Under the pieces are notes generated by a model. The model ran no database searches. It was not told where the DNA came from and saw nothing but the letters and a program-made list of their open reading frames with translations. From Candidatus Saccharimonadales bacterium (GTDB taxonomy: Bacteria; Patescibacteriota; Saccharimonadia; Saccharimonadales; UBA4665): a stretch of 64,000 bases of DNA. Every line of letters begins with the position of its first letter. Position 1 is the first letter of the stretch. A program made the position numbers and the translations under genes. Where the stretch lies: assembly GCA_035545275.1 (NCBI GenBank), contig DASZYT010000001.1:6143-70142 (forward strand), read 5' to 3'. This document shows positions 52,698-64,000 of this stretch, piece after piece.

Positions 52698-53172
52698 GCT
52701 GTCTCTGCCTACACTGGTGGTGGGGCCGGCAGACCTGGTACATATCCGCCGTGAAGTAGAAGCGCTTGATGAGTATGTGCGGGCCGCCAGCTTGCGTGAG
52801 GGTGGCAAACCCACCGCTGCGCTACCGCGGCTAAGCCGATCGCTTGAGGCGTTAGCTCAGCAAAACAAACTCAACCTGCTGCAGGAAACCGACCGGGAAA
52901 CGCTTAAGTCGTTTTTGGGCGATATGCTCAAGCATGCGCCTGTAGTGCACGTCAGCTTCGCAGTTGATCCCTCGGCGGCTTTTACCACCAAAATAGTCAT
53001 GTGGTTTCGGGAAAATATTGACCCCGGTGTACTCATTCAAATAGGATTGCAGCCAACTATTGCGGCCGGCTGCGTCGTACGTACGCCCAACCATTACTAC
53101 GACTTCAGCCTGCGTCAATATTTCGCGAAGCACAAACACCTGTTGATTGAAAAACTGGAGAGCACGACGTGA
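52687..53172 (+). CDS. atpH: ATP synthase delta (OSCP)-like subunit
   Basis: 161 aa. C-terminal pattern ..[10 protein letters not shown]...[30 protein letters not shown].. resembles the OSCP C-terminus. Assignment also rests on its position between the b-like gene and alpha. Confidence 0.55.
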   Translation: MAHELSLPTLVVGPADLVHIRREVEALDEYVRAASLREGGKPTAALPRLSRSLEALAQQNKLNLLQETDRETLKSFLGDMLKHAPVVHVSFAVDPSAAFTTKIVMWFRENIDPGVLIQIGLQPTIAAGCVVRTPNHYYDFSLRQYFAKHKHLLIEKLESTT

Positions 53173-54596
53173 CGGATAACCGGCATTTTGACCGGCTTGT
53201 AGAAAGCGGCCAGCCCATCGGCGAAGTGGTGGCCATTGACCGCTTTTTGGTGCGAGTGCGAGGGCTGCATCCGGTAAACGTGCATGCGTTAGTGATGTTT
53301 CAGGATGGCAGCAAAGGCTTCGTACATCACGTGCTTGAAGACGAGGTGGTGATACTGCATCTTGGCATCACCAGCTTGACTGCCGGCATGACGGTGGTGG
53401 TGCAGCACCACGGTCTGGTATCTAAAGTGGGCAAAGATTTCGTCGGCCGGGTTGTGTCAGTGACGGGTGAACCGCTTGACGGCAAAGGGCCCATTGCTGC
53501 CGACGATGTATGGCCGGTGTTTAATGACGCACCGATGCTCTATGAGCGCGAAATGTTGGACACACAGCTGGAGACAGGCCTGACGGTTATCGACGAGCTG
53601 TTTCCTCTGGTGCGTGGACAACGTATGGCGCTGCTGGGCGACAGCAAATCCGGTAAGTCTACCCTAGCTACGCAGCTGGCACTAAATCAGAAAAACACCG
53701 ATGTTATCGTCATATATGTGCTGATAGCCAAACGCCGCAGCGATATCGACATGCTGCTCACGCGCCTGCAAGAAAATGATGCCATGAAGACGGCCATCGT
53801 GTTTGTGGCGACGGCTTTTGAATCTTTGGTGGTTAACTACTTGGCGCCGTACGTAGCGTGTGCCATGGGCGAATACCTGTGGCAAAAGTGTGATACCGAC
53901 GTCATGGTGATATATGATGACCTGACCGCGCATGCCCAGGTATATCGTGAGATTTCCTTGCTGTCCGGCACAAGTCCGGGGCGCGATAGCTACCCCGGTG
54001 ACATGTTTCATGCGCACTCGTCCTTGCTTGAGCGAGCCGGCAAACTGGCGCGTAACCACAAAACCTTCACCGCCTTGCCGCTCGTATTGGCGGCCGGTGG
54101 CGACATCACCGCCTATCTGCCCACCAACATTATGTCCATCACCGACGGCCAGTGGATTCTCGACATGAATGTATTTCGGGACACCATGCGGCCGGCCGTG
54201 AGTGTAGGACTGAGCGTTACCCGTGTGGGCAGTCGCGGACAGTCGACCCGACAAAAGCAGTTGTCTTCCTTGGCTACGCAAGCCCTCAACGCGTATCAAG
54301 AAGCGCAGCAGTTTTCGCACTTTGGCTCCGAGCTGGCACTCGCTGCACAAAAAGATTTGCAGCGGGGCAAACAACTGTTTGAGATCTTTAATCAGGCGCC
54401 CACCGAAACCTTTCCTATCATGAGCCAGGTGTTGATGCTCGATATCGTTCTAAACGCCCAGGACAACCAAGTGCTGGACCTGAAAGCCTTGAAGGCGCAG
54501 GTTACCGAGGCGGCTAGCCATATTACCAAAGACGATGAGTATGAAAAAGTACGTGACGAACTACGTACTAAAAGCACCGTGGAGCTCAAAAAATGA
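53169..54596 (+). CDS. atpA: F1 ATP synthase alpha-like subunit (short, divergent)
   Basis: GTGA start/stop overlap. Walker [10 protein letters not shown] (canonical GDRQTGKT), [23 protein letters not shown]; 475 aa. Confidence 0.85.
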   Translation: MTDNRHFDRLVESGQPIGEVVAIDRFLVRVRGLHPVNVHALVMFQDGSKGFVHHVLEDEVVILHLGITSLTAGMTVVVQHHGLVSKVGKDFVGRVVSVTGEPLDGKGPIAADDVWPVFNDAPMLYEREMLDTQLETGLTVIDELFPLVRGQRMALLGDSKSGKSTLATQLALNQKNTDVIVIYVLIAKRRSDIDMLLTRLQENDAMKTAIVFVATAFESLVVNYLAPYVACAMGEYLWQKCDTDVMVIYDDLTAHAQVYREISLLSGTSPGRDSYPGDMFHAHSSLLERAGKLARNHKTFTALPLVLAAGGDITAYLPTNIMSITDGQWILDMNVFRDTMRPAVSVGLSVTRVGSRGQSTRQKQLSSLATQALNAYQEAQQFSHFGSELALAAQKDLQRGKQLFEIFNQAPTETFPIMSQVLMLDIVLNAQDNQVLDLKALKAQVTEAASHITKDDEYEKVRDELRTKSTVELKK

Positions 54597-54632
54597 TATT
54601 CAAGACTGATATTGCATTTTCTGATTTCGGGG

Positions 54633-54673
54633 GAGAGCAGCCCGAGCTGCGAATTTATTTCGCCCCCGGCGCG
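54633..54673. repeat. partial copy 3 of the two-hairpin repeat family (alpha-gamma spacer)
   Basis: GAGAGCAGCCCGAGCT GCGAATTTATTTCGC CCCCGGCGCG matches the hairpin-2 half of copies 1, 2 and 4 (inverted relative to copy 4). It is enclosed by CGGGGG/CCCCCG. Confidence 0.45.
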
Positions 54674-54750
54674 TTCAATCTGGGTTCCCTAAAAAGAGAG
54701 GATTCTTTTCGGGGTGAAGTAGGGGGTGGCCCCCTCTCAAGGAGGCGTCT

Positions 54751-56908
<2,158 letters not shown>

Positions 56909-56909
<1 letters not shown>

Positions 56910-56984
56910 TGGAGACAAGCCTACGGTTTTTCTCACCCAAGCCAGCAAAAAATGCGATTTTTGCTCGGGCTGCTCTTTTCCCTC
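56909..56984. repeat. copy 4 of the two-hairpin repeat family (beta-epsilon spacer)
   Basis: ATGGAGACAAGCCTACGGTTTTTCTCAC CCAAGCC AGCAAAAAATGCGATTTTTGCT CGGGCTGCTCTTTTCCCTC. It starts on the last base of the atpD stop codon. Confidence 0.6.
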
Positions 56985-57000
56985 TGTGCAGGAGTGAGGA

Positions 57001-57339
57001 ATGGTAAAACGACAGGATGCCAGCACCGGTGAAATAGTAGATGATAGCGCGGCATCCCAGACTGCTGTAGCCGGTAAGCCGTTTATGACGGTCAAAGTGT
57101 ACTCTCCCTTCAAAACGTACTTTGATGCGATTGCCGAGAGTGTCTCGGGCGAAAACAAGACAGGGCCGTTTGACATCCTGCCCCACCACCACAACTTTAT
57201 TACGCTACTTGAGCCTGGCGAATTGGTCATTCGCGGTAAGGATGTGGGGACCGTTGGCCAAAACGAACAGCGCATCCGCATATCTGGTGGCCTTATGCAC
57301 GTCAAGGCCGACAAAGTCGTCGTGTTCCTCGACGTGTAG
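57001..57339 (+). CDS. atpC: F1 ATP synthase epsilon subunit (beta-sandwich only)
   Basis: ..TVKVYSPFKTYFDAIAESVSGENKTGPFDILPHHHNFITLLEPGELVI.....IRISGGLMHVKADKVVVFLD. No C-terminal helical hairpin (112 aa). Confidence 0.7.
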   Translation: MVKRQDASTGEIVDDSAASQTAVAGKPFMTVKVYSPFKTYFDAIAESVSGENKTGPFDILPHHHNFITLLEPGELVIRGKDVGTVGQNEQRIRISGGLMHVKADKVVVFLDV

Positions 57340-57341
57340 GC

Positions 57342-58373
57342 TCAATCAGCGGCCCAGTAGTCGAAACCAAACGTACTACTGGCCGGTGCGGCCGATGTGG
57401 TACAGACGCTGAAGCTGGTCGTAGACCGGTTGATATAGTAATGCAAGCCAGCGGCTGCTGAGCCAACCGGCGTTATGATAACGTGCGGCGTGGCCGTAAA
57501 TGCTTGGGTAAATTTCACGGTTACAAAACAACCTGTGCCCGGGCCGCTGCCAGTACTAATGGTGATAGAGCCTGAGGTATCTGAGCCACTTACCGACGCA
57601 CTGCCGCCGCTGCCCAAGGCGGTGCCATAACTACGTGAAGGGTTAGGGCCGCCTGGAATGACATGATGTGTTAGCGTGAGGTCACCGTTGAGCTGCAAGG
57701 TACCCACGGTAAGTTGAGGGGCCGACACGGCACCCTTAAAGGTTCCGGTGCCGTTTACGGTCAGATTTTTCTGGGCCGTTAGGTTACCCTGCACACTTTG
57801 GTTGCCTACCACAGTTAGGTCTTTATTTATCTGCACTTGGTCAAAAACACTTGTACCCGACACGGTCAATCCCGCTAACGACAAGCTGCTGCCCACCTGG
57901 AGTTTGCCGGCCACCTGCAGGTCGCTGCGCACCAGTACCGTTCCGGCAAAAATAGCGTTGCTCTGCACATTCAGTATCTGTTTGGCATCCCCGACTGTTA
58001 CGTCGCTGTTGGCGAGCTGGTCCAGGGTGCTTTGGGAAAGGGTTTGTGTAGTGAGCGTTTTGTTATTGCGGTTGTGTAACACGGCCACAATCACTATGGC
58101 GGCCGCCGCCAACACCGATATCACGAACACAATCATATATATATTGAAACGATGTAATAGATTTTTTAAACGCGACTGGTGAGGTGGTTTGCCTGATGAC
58201 CCGGGAGTGGGCAAGCCGCTGCCCGCCTCGCCTGGTGCTGCGGCCACTGGGTCACTGCTGCCAGAAGAAGGTGTCGCTGCCGAGTTTTGCTCCACGACAG
58301 TGCTAGGCCCCTCTAGGGACTCTAGTTCGCTGCTATCCTGGTTGTCTTGCGGGTTTGAGCCAAACGCGTCCAT
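57342..58373 (-). CDS. type II membrane protein: disordered N-tail, TM, beta-helix-type repeats, possible H-type-lectin-like C-terminal domain
   Basis: TM IYMIVFVISVLAAAAIVIVAVL. Repeats ..LTVSGTSVFDQVQINKDLTVVGNQSVQGNLTAQKNLTVNGTGTFKG... End ..VTVKFTQAFTATPHVIITPVG...YYINRSTTSFSVCT... Confidence 0.6.
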   Translation of the reverse strand: MDAFGSNPQDNQDSSELESLEGPSTVVEQNSAATPSSGSSDPVAAAPGEAGSGLPTPGSSGKPPHQSRLKNLLHRFNIYMIVFVISVLAAAAIVIVAVLHNRNNKTLTTQTLSQSTLDQLANSDVTVGDAKQILNVQSNAIFAGTVLVRSDLQVAGKLQVGSSLSLAGLTVSGTSVFDQVQINKDLTVVGNQSVQGNLTAQKNLTVNGTGTFKGAVSAPQLTVGTLQLNGDLTLTHHVIPGGPNPSRSYGTALGSGGSASVSGSDTSGSITISTGSGPGTGCFVTVKFTQAFTATPHVIITPVGSAAAGLHYYINRSTTSFSVCTTSAAPASSTFGFDYWAAD

Positions 58374-58475
58374 GTATAGTCCTAATGCTTTACGTCCATA
58401 ATACTAGATTGACCTCAAAAGCGTAAACGGTTTGCCTTTTGGGGCTATTTGCAGCAAAATAATAGCCATAGGCTT

Positions 58476-59228
58476 ATGAAAAAAACACTGAGTGCAACGG
58501 TTTTAGGCATCATGTTAACAGTCGCGACTACCAGTGTGGCGTTTGCGGCCCAGTCTTCATCGTCCAGCTATCAGGTCAATGAAGTGTTTTTTGGTAGCGG
58601 TGGACAACTAAACGCTTGTTCGACAGGTTCTACGGGGTATTGCGCCAAAGAAAGTGCTGGCGAAACCACAGTAGGCAATACTAAAAGCACGAACTACCAG
58701 GCCCAAGCCGGCTTTAACACCGACCGCACGCCATATCTGCAATTTATCGTTAATAATGCAAGCGTAGACCTAGGAGTCCTTTCGGCCGGTGCGCCGCAGA
58801 CAGCTACGGCTACCTTTTCGGTCAAGGCTTACCTGAGCGATGGCTATGTAGTTACCACGGCCTCTGACCCGCCCGTAAACGGCTCATATACCATGAAAAC
58901 CATCACCTCTCCGTACACGGTAGATACGTCAAAAGAGCAGTTTGGCATTAACCTCGCCGCAAACAATAGTTGTGGCAGCGGCTTGCCGGCAAGTTTTGGC
59001 GCCAGTCCTGTGCAGGCTCCCAGCAGCACGTTTAGCTTTGGTGCGGCCCAGACGGGCTATGACACCGCGTGCCAATTCCGCTACAACAAGGGCGACACCA
59101 TTGCCTACTCCAGCAGTAGCTCCGGTGAAACAGACTATACCATGTCGTATCTGTTCAATATCACCAACCTTACCCCTGGGGGCACATACACCATGAACCA
59201 CGTGCTGGTGGCCACGGCCACGTACTAG
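58476..59228 (+). CDS. secreted beta-rich protein, family member 1 (250 aa)
   Basis: Signal peptide MKKTLSATVLGIMLTVATTSVAFA, S/T/G/A-rich mature part, ends ..LTPGGTYTMNHVLVATATY. Confidence 0.6.
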   Translation: MKKTLSATVLGIMLTVATTSVAFAAQSSSSSYQVNEVFFGSGGQLNACSTGSTGYCAKESAGETTVGNTKSTNYQAQAGFNTDRTPYLQFIVNNASVDLGVLSAGAPQTATATFSVKAYLSDGYVVTTASDPPVNGSYTMKTITSPYTVDTSKEQFGINLAANNSCGSGLPASFGASPVQAPSSTFSFGAAQTGYDTACQFRYNKGDTIAYSSSSSGETDYTMSYLFNITNLTPGGTYTMNHVLVATATY

Positions 59229-59308
59229 CGTGTGATATTTATGCCCTTGATTTAGCGTTTCGCTTAAGTTTATATAAGTTACAGGAATTTAAACAGCAGG
59301 GGGTGGCT

Positions 59309-60646
59309 ATGAGGAAATTACGTATAAAAGCATTTATGGCACTTGCAACGAGTGCATTGCTTATTGCTGGCTTAGTTTTAACCAAAAGTGTTTCCGCTAC
59401 CATACCAGGAACTAATGAGGGGGTAAGTATAAGTACTATAGGCGGTAGTCCTAATAATCTAGCGAATCAAGTGTCATTAAGCCAAAATGGTCGCTTTGCT
59501 GCATTTGCTTCGAAGGCCACAAACCTTGTAAATGAAACCGTAAGCGGCTCCTACGATGAGGTATATGTACGAGATAGGCTAAACGATACTACCACCCTAG
59601 CGAGTATCTCGTCGAGTGGTTTAGTAGCTAATGGAGATAGTGAAGACCTTATGTTGAGTGCGGACGGTAGATATGTGGTTTTTAAGTCTAATGCAAGTAA
59701 TCTTGGAAGTAATGGCTCAACTTATCATATATTTCTGCATGATATGCAAACAGGGGCCACACAAATTGTCGACACTAATAGTAATGGAGTAGCTGACGGC
59801 ACATATGGAAGCATGGAACCTTCTGTTAGCGCAGACGGTAGATATGTGGTGTTCTCTTCATTTTCAACGAATTTAGTTACTACACCCAGTCTGACTTCAC
59901 ACTCCTATTCCTATGTTTATCTAAAAGACATGCAAACGGGAACGGTTGAGCTATTAAGCATAGGCACAGGTGGATCGGCGCCTAATGGATCAAGTGGCTA
60001 CCCAAGGATTGATTGTGGCGGAGATGAGGTTGCGTTTTACTCTACAGCCTCAGACCTTGTCGCAAATGACCTAAATGGCCAAGAGGATGTCTTTCTGTAC
60101 GACCAAATCGATGGTACCACTAAAGACATTACAATTAGTTCGGATGGAAGCAGCACAATTAACTCCATCTCTTGTAATGGGGAGTATATGGGAGTGACCT
60201 CATATGCCACAAATTTAACCGCGGCTAACATATCTGGGAACATTGAGAGTGCTTATGAATATGATAGGCTTAATGACAAATTTACCCTCGCTTCTCAATC
60301 ATCGGACGGTATCTTGGGTAATGCCGACTCAAATGGTGCATTTGTAAGTAATGATGGACGTGTGGTGGCTTTTAGCTCAATGGCGACGAATCTAACTTCA
60401 AGCGACAATGATAGCAGTGGTTGGGATATATTCCTCAGAAACATTGAAACATCTACTACTGAGATGATCGATATCAATTCTAGCGGAGTACAGGCCAACG
60501 CACCTGCATATGCTCCCTCTCTTAGTGCTAATGGCAAATATGTTGGATATTCATCACCCGCTACTAACTTAATTTCGGGGTATGGATACACTAGTGGTCA
60601 AGGGGCTGCCTATGTATCGGAAACTGGAGTCGTAGACAATTATTAG
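59309..60646 (+). CDS. secreted beta-propeller repeat protein (PD40/TolB-like repeats)
   Basis: Signal peptide, then at least 6 repeats of the pattern S.S.DGRYVVF.S.A.NLV....NG..D(V/I)FL.D. Markedly AT-richer than its neighbours. Confidence 0.65.
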   Translation: MRKLRIKAFMALATSALLIAGLVLTKSVSATIPGTNEGVSISTIGGSPNNLANQVSLSQNGRFAAFASKATNLVNETVSGSYDEVYVRDRLNDTTTLASISSSGLVANGDSEDLMLSADGRYVVFKSNASNLGSNGSTYHIFLHDMQTGATQIVDTNSNGVADGTYGSMEPSVSADGRYVVFSSFSTNLVTTPSLTSHSYSYVYLKDMQTGTVELLSIGTGGSAPNGSSGYPRIDCGGDEVAFYSTASDLVANDLNGQEDVFLYDQIDGTTKDITISSDGSSTINSISCNGEYMGVTSYATNLTAANISGNIESAYEYDRLNDKFTLASQSSDGILGNADSNGAFVSNDGRVVAFSSMATNLTSSDNDSSGWDIFLRNIETSTTEMIDINSSGVQANAPAYAPSLSANGKYVGYSSPATNLISGYGYTSGQGAAYVSETGVVDNY

Positions 60647-60770
60647 GAAGTCATAAGTTGTGGATAACTTTTGAAAACGCTATTGCTTGCATACCATAAG
60701 CGTGATAGTATGCACACATACTCCATAAATAATAAAAAATTAAAAATAAATTACGGAGAAACAAACAGCA

Positions 60771-61928
60771 ATGAAAGCACTATTTTCTAAAGGCCGACGG
60801 CTGATTTACGGCGCAGTAGCAACCGCGTTGACTGCTGCAGTCGTTGTGCCTAATCTTCTAACTAGCTCAGTGTATGCCGCCCAGGTTACGAGTCGAAGCA
60901 TAGAAATAAGTTCATCTACAGCAGGGGCAACAGGTGTAAGCTACCAGGTTGGCTTCACCCCAGCGACTACTGCCACCACTATCCAAGCAATAATTGTTGA
61001 CTTCTGTAGTAATGACCCTATCATAGGGGATTCATGTACTGCGCCCACAGGATTCAGTGTGGGTACGCCAACTGTTACGGGTGTGACCGTCACGGGGCAG
61101 ACTGGTGGCACTTGGACGGCATCCTCACAGAACACGGGCCGGACACTTGAACTTGCCAATGGGTCCAGCACTGGTACGCCCAGTGGTGCCGTAACTTTTA
61201 CTCTTACTACGGCCACTAATCCTAACTTTGCCACTTGTGGTACGCCGGATACTCATCCAAACTGTAGCTTTTACGGCCGTATCCTTACATTTGCAACAAC
61301 CGCTAACGCCACTACATGGCTTGGGACCGCGAACGGCAGCGCTAACACCGGCTTTATTGACTACGGTGGTGTAGCTCTAAGTACCTCTGCAGTTATCAAT
61401 ATCACAGCCAAAGTCATGGAAACGCTGAGTTTCTGTGTCTACAACGCTACTTGTGGCGACGACCCGAGCTTTACTATCGGTCATGCCGTGGGTTCAGCGA
61501 CCGTGATCGACAGCTCTGCGGTAGATACTTCCAATGTCAAATTCGACATAGCTACCAATGCGCAGAGTGGCGCTATAATTCGCCTCAAGGGAGACACTCT
61601 TAAGAGTGGCAGCAACTCATTGTTGGCCGCTGGAGCAGCGGCTCAGACCATCGCTAATGGTGATACCAGCCATCAGTTCGGTGTACGCGTCTCTACCGCC
61701 GGTACTAACATAACAGCTACATCACCGTATAATGCGGCAGGATACGCCTTTGACACCTCTACGGGTGGCGAAAACGTTACCACTACATACGGCGATGACT
61801 TCGCCCATCTATCAGGACCTACCAACAGCTCTACCAGTACCATTACGTTTGCGGCCACTGCTGCCAACACCACGCCTGCTGGTACCTACACTGGTGCAGA
61901 ACAGCTCATTGCCACTGGTACGTTCTAA
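60771..61928 (+). CDS. secreted beta-rich protein, family member 2 (385 aa)
   Basis: Signal peptide ..LLTSSVYA. IIVDFCSNDPIIGDSC, ATNAQSGAIIRLKGDTLKSG, HQFGVRV, ends ..TPAGTYTGAEQLIATGTF. Confidence 0.6.
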   Translation: MKALFSKGRRLIYGAVATALTAAVVVPNLLTSSVYAAQVTSRSIEISSSTAGATGVSYQVGFTPATTATTIQAIIVDFCSNDPIIGDSCTAPTGFSVGTPTVTGVTVTGQTGGTWTASSQNTGRTLELANGSSTGTPSGAVTFTLTTATNPNFATCGTPDTHPNCSFYGRILTFATTANATTWLGTANGSANTGFIDYGGVALSTSAVINITAKVMETLSFCVYNATCGDDPSFTIGHAVGSATVIDSSAVDTSNVKFDIATNAQSGAIIRLKGDTLKSGSNSLLAAGAAAQTIANGDTSHQFGVRVSTAGTNITATSPYNAAGYAFDTSTGGENVTTTYGDDFAHLSGPTNSSTSTITFAATAANTTPAGTYTGAEQLIATGTF

Positions 61929-61943
61929 GCATAAGATATATGC

Positions 61944-63029
61944 ATGAGGCGTCTGTCGTTTAGATTGTCTTCTGCAAAGCTACTGTGCGTAGTAGTAGCC
62001 TCCATCCTAGTTGGTGCGGGGCTACTTTCGTTTGTGAATGCGGCTGGCAACCAGCTGCAAAACCGGTCTGTAGCCGTTACGGATACTACACCGGGGGTCA
62101 TAGCGGCCTACAAGCTGGCGTTTACCCCGCAAAATGATGCGAGTGAAATTATTGTGGACTTTTGTAGCGACAGCCCCCTGCCGGGTGATTCTTGTTCGGC
62201 CATTGGTGGTACTACCGTGCCGGATACAAGTGGTGTAACCACTACAGATGTCAGTAGCGTATCCGATGGCAGCACAGAGCACACACTGCGCATCGTGAAC
62301 CAAACACTTACCGCCGGTACGCCGTTTTCATTGGAAATAAATAACATCACCAATCCCACAAACGGCACCATATTTTTTGTGCGGATATATACCTACGCTA
62401 CCGGTGATTCAGCGGCCTACGTACCGCTTAACAGCACAACCACGTCGCCCACCGAGGGCAGCTACATAGATCACGGCGGCCTGGCGTTATCTGCCGGCAA
62501 GCTAATAAGTATTACCGCCATTGTACCGCCATACATACGGCTTTGCGCTGGTGTGACCATTACTGGCTACGATTGCTCGACCGCGACGGGTGACTACTTG
62601 CAGCTTGGCAATCTGTCCTCATCCCAGACGAGCAGTGCCAGCATCCAGCTGGTACTGGCTACTAATGCCCAAAGTGGCTATTCACTTCGGGTAACAGGCA
62701 ACACACTTACCTCTGGTAATGACGTGATACCACCACTGGCTAACAATGATATTGCGCGACCTGGGGTATCCCAGTTTGGCCTTAATTTGCGGGCCAACAC
62801 CACCCCTCCGGTTGGTGCCAACAAAACGGGCCCAGGCATTGGCACGATAAGTGCTAACTACAACCAGCCCGATTTCTTCCGCTTTGTGTCGGGCGATTTG
62901 GTAGCCTCGGCGCCAGCCCCAAGCGACAACAACAAATACACGGCAAGCTATATTGCCAACATCTCTAAAAGCCAGCCGGTCGGTGTATATGCCACGACTA
63001 TTACCTATGTGGCATTGGCAAACTTCTAA
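61944..63029 (+). CDS. secreted beta-rich protein, family member 3 (361 aa), paralogue of member 2
   Basis: Signal peptide ..LLSFVNA. IIVDFCSDSPLPGDSC, ATNAQSGYSLRVTGNTLTSG, SQFGLNLR, ends ..QPVGVYATTITYVALANF. Confidence 0.6.
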   Translation: MRRLSFRLSSAKLLCVVVASILVGAGLLSFVNAAGNQLQNRSVAVTDTTPGVIAAYKLAFTPQNDASEIIVDFCSDSPLPGDSCSAIGGTTVPDTSGVTTTDVSSVSDGSTEHTLRIVNQTLTAGTPFSLEINNITNPTNGTIFFVRIYTYATGDSAAYVPLNSTTTSPTEGSYIDHGGLALSAGKLISITAIVPPYIRLCAGVTITGYDCSTATGDYLQLGNLSSSQTSSASIQLVLATNAQSGYSLRVTGNTLTSGNDVIPPLANNDIARPGVSQFGLNLRANTTPPVGANKTGPGIGTISANYNQPDFFRFVSGDLVASAPAPSDNNKYTASYIANISKSQPVGVYATTITYVALANF

Positions 63030-63076
63030 CGCTTTGCTATAGTAATCAACAAATGAATTGGGGGAATAAAAACACC

Positions 63077-64000
63077 ATGATCCGTCAAAAGTTGGCTACT
63101 GCCATTGTGCTTGTTACTGCCATTATCGTAGGGTTACTGCCGGCAGTGCCGGTTAGCGCGGCTACTTCCAGTAGTGGCGGAGGCAACGGGCTCAAAATAT
63201 CCCCGGTACGTTCCGACCTTACCATTAGCCCCGGACAAAGTAAGACCATCAGTGTTGTCGTACAAAACGTTACCAGCTCAACGGCTAATCTGCAGGCCAT
63301 CATCAACGACTTTGTAGCGGGCACCGACGAATCTGGTGTGCCTAAAATATTGCTGAACCCGAACCAATATGCGCCTACCCACAGCCTAAAGCACTACATC
63401 GCTCCCATTGGCGATGTAAGCATTCCTGCCAACCAAAGCAAAGAAGTCAAGGTGACCATCAACATCCCCAAAGATGCCGCCGGCGGTGGCTACTTTGGCG
63501 TGGTGCGCTTTGCGCCTGCCTCTGCCGGTAAAGGTAATGTGTCGCTGGCAGCCAGTGTTGGTTCGCTTATTTTGGTGACGGTGCCCGGTGATATCAAAGA
63601 AAACATGACTATTGCAAGTTTTGATGCCCGCACCATCACTACGGACAAAAACGGCCAAGTTCATGAGCGTAGCAGCACTATCTTTACGTCGCCCAAAAAC
63701 ATCAACGCAGTGGTGCGCTTCAACAACCAGGGTAATGTCCAAGAGCAGCCGTTTGGCAAGGTAGAGCTCAAAAACCGCTCAGGGAAGGTACTGGCTACGT
63801 ATGAGATTAACAACACCACACCGCGCGGCAACGTCTTGCCCAGCAGTATCCGCAAATTTGCCGTGCCGCTCACCAAGGTCGGGTCCTTTGGCAAATATAC
63901 GCTGGTAGGCAACTTCGGTTTCGGCAGCAAAGGTCAGCTACTGACCGCCAAGACTTCCTTCTACGTCATCCCACTCGGGCTTATCATAGGCTTGATAGTA
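63077..64000 (+). CDS. cell-surface protein resembling the DUF916/DUF3324 component of Gram-positive WxL (csc) loci; 3' end outside the window
   Basis: ATG 63077; the frame is open to nt 64000 (308 codons). Signal peptide ..LLPAVPVSA. ..LKISPVRSDLTISPGQSKTISVVVQNVT.., ..VSIPANQSKEVKVTINIPKDAAGGGYFGVVRF.., and a hydrophobic YVIPLGLIIGLIV at the edge. Confidence 0.6.
   Translation, partial: MIRQKLATAIVLVTAIIVGLLPAVPVSAATSSSGGGNGLKISPVRSDLTISPGQSKTISVVVQNVTSSTANLQAIINDFVAGTDESGVPKILLNPNQYAPTHSLKHYIAPIGDVSIPANQSKEVKVTINIPKDAAGGGYFGVVRFAPASAGKGNVSLAASVGSLILVTVPGDIKENMTIASFDARTITTDKNGQVHERSSTIFTSPKNINAVVRFNNQGNVQEQPFGKVELKNRSGKVLATYEINNTTPRGNVLPSSIRKFAVPLTKVGSFGKYTLVGNFGFGSKGQLLTAKTSFYVIPLGLIIGLIV

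Noticed and set aside
53682-54374. 230-aa minus-strand ORF.
   Set aside because: It is antisense to the atpA-like gene.

Overview
A gene-dense 64-kb chromosomal segment. It looks like a small-genome, monoderm, fermentative bacterium. Gene content fits a Saccharibacteria/CPR-like episymbiont: short MetRS, lower-glycolysis genes, sortase/LPXTG proteins and many acidic disordered proteins. This organism assignment is inference; no database search was possible, and all protein calls rest on motifs read from the supplied translations. Housekeeping content: ABC exporter, Ku, RRM protein, folD, a PRTase, murI, murD, an aminotransferase, pyk-pgk-tpiA, pcrA, rsmA, MarR, tmRNA, PadR, pyrD, a D-2-hydroxyacid-dehydrogenase::dPGM fusion, eno, trehalase, HIT, Nudix, metG, tatD, cysteine desulfurase, an F1-type ATPase operon, and tRNA-Lys(CTT), tRNA-Glu(TTC) and tRNA-Val(CAC). 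No rRNA, CRISPR array, transposase, integrase or reverse transcriptase was seen. Observations worth a second look: (1) An all-exported gene cluster at 57.3-64 kb. It has three paralogues ending in pilin-like C-terminal strands and a membrane-anchored Ig-like (DUF916-like) protein, and may be an undescribed surface-fibre or attachment system. (2) Each of the three tRNA genes has a rearranged partial copy beside it. The Lys and Glu copies carry a homologous 56-nt insert at the same T-loop position. (3) A ~78-nt two-hairpin repeat family with compensatory stem changes occurs at four loci. One copy sits between a perfect 48-bp duplication of the pcrA 3' end. (4) A PaaK-like adenylating enzyme, an E1/ThiF-like protein and a histidine kinase form one operon. 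(5) A promoter-driven, ORF-poor, hairpin-rich 0.8-kb region leads into a three-gene GC-rich island with actinobacterial-style codon usage. (6) The atp operon has no a or c subunit genes. (7) A stand-alone dihaem cytochrome b-like protein lies near a class-2-like DHODH that has a class-1-type catalytic Cys.
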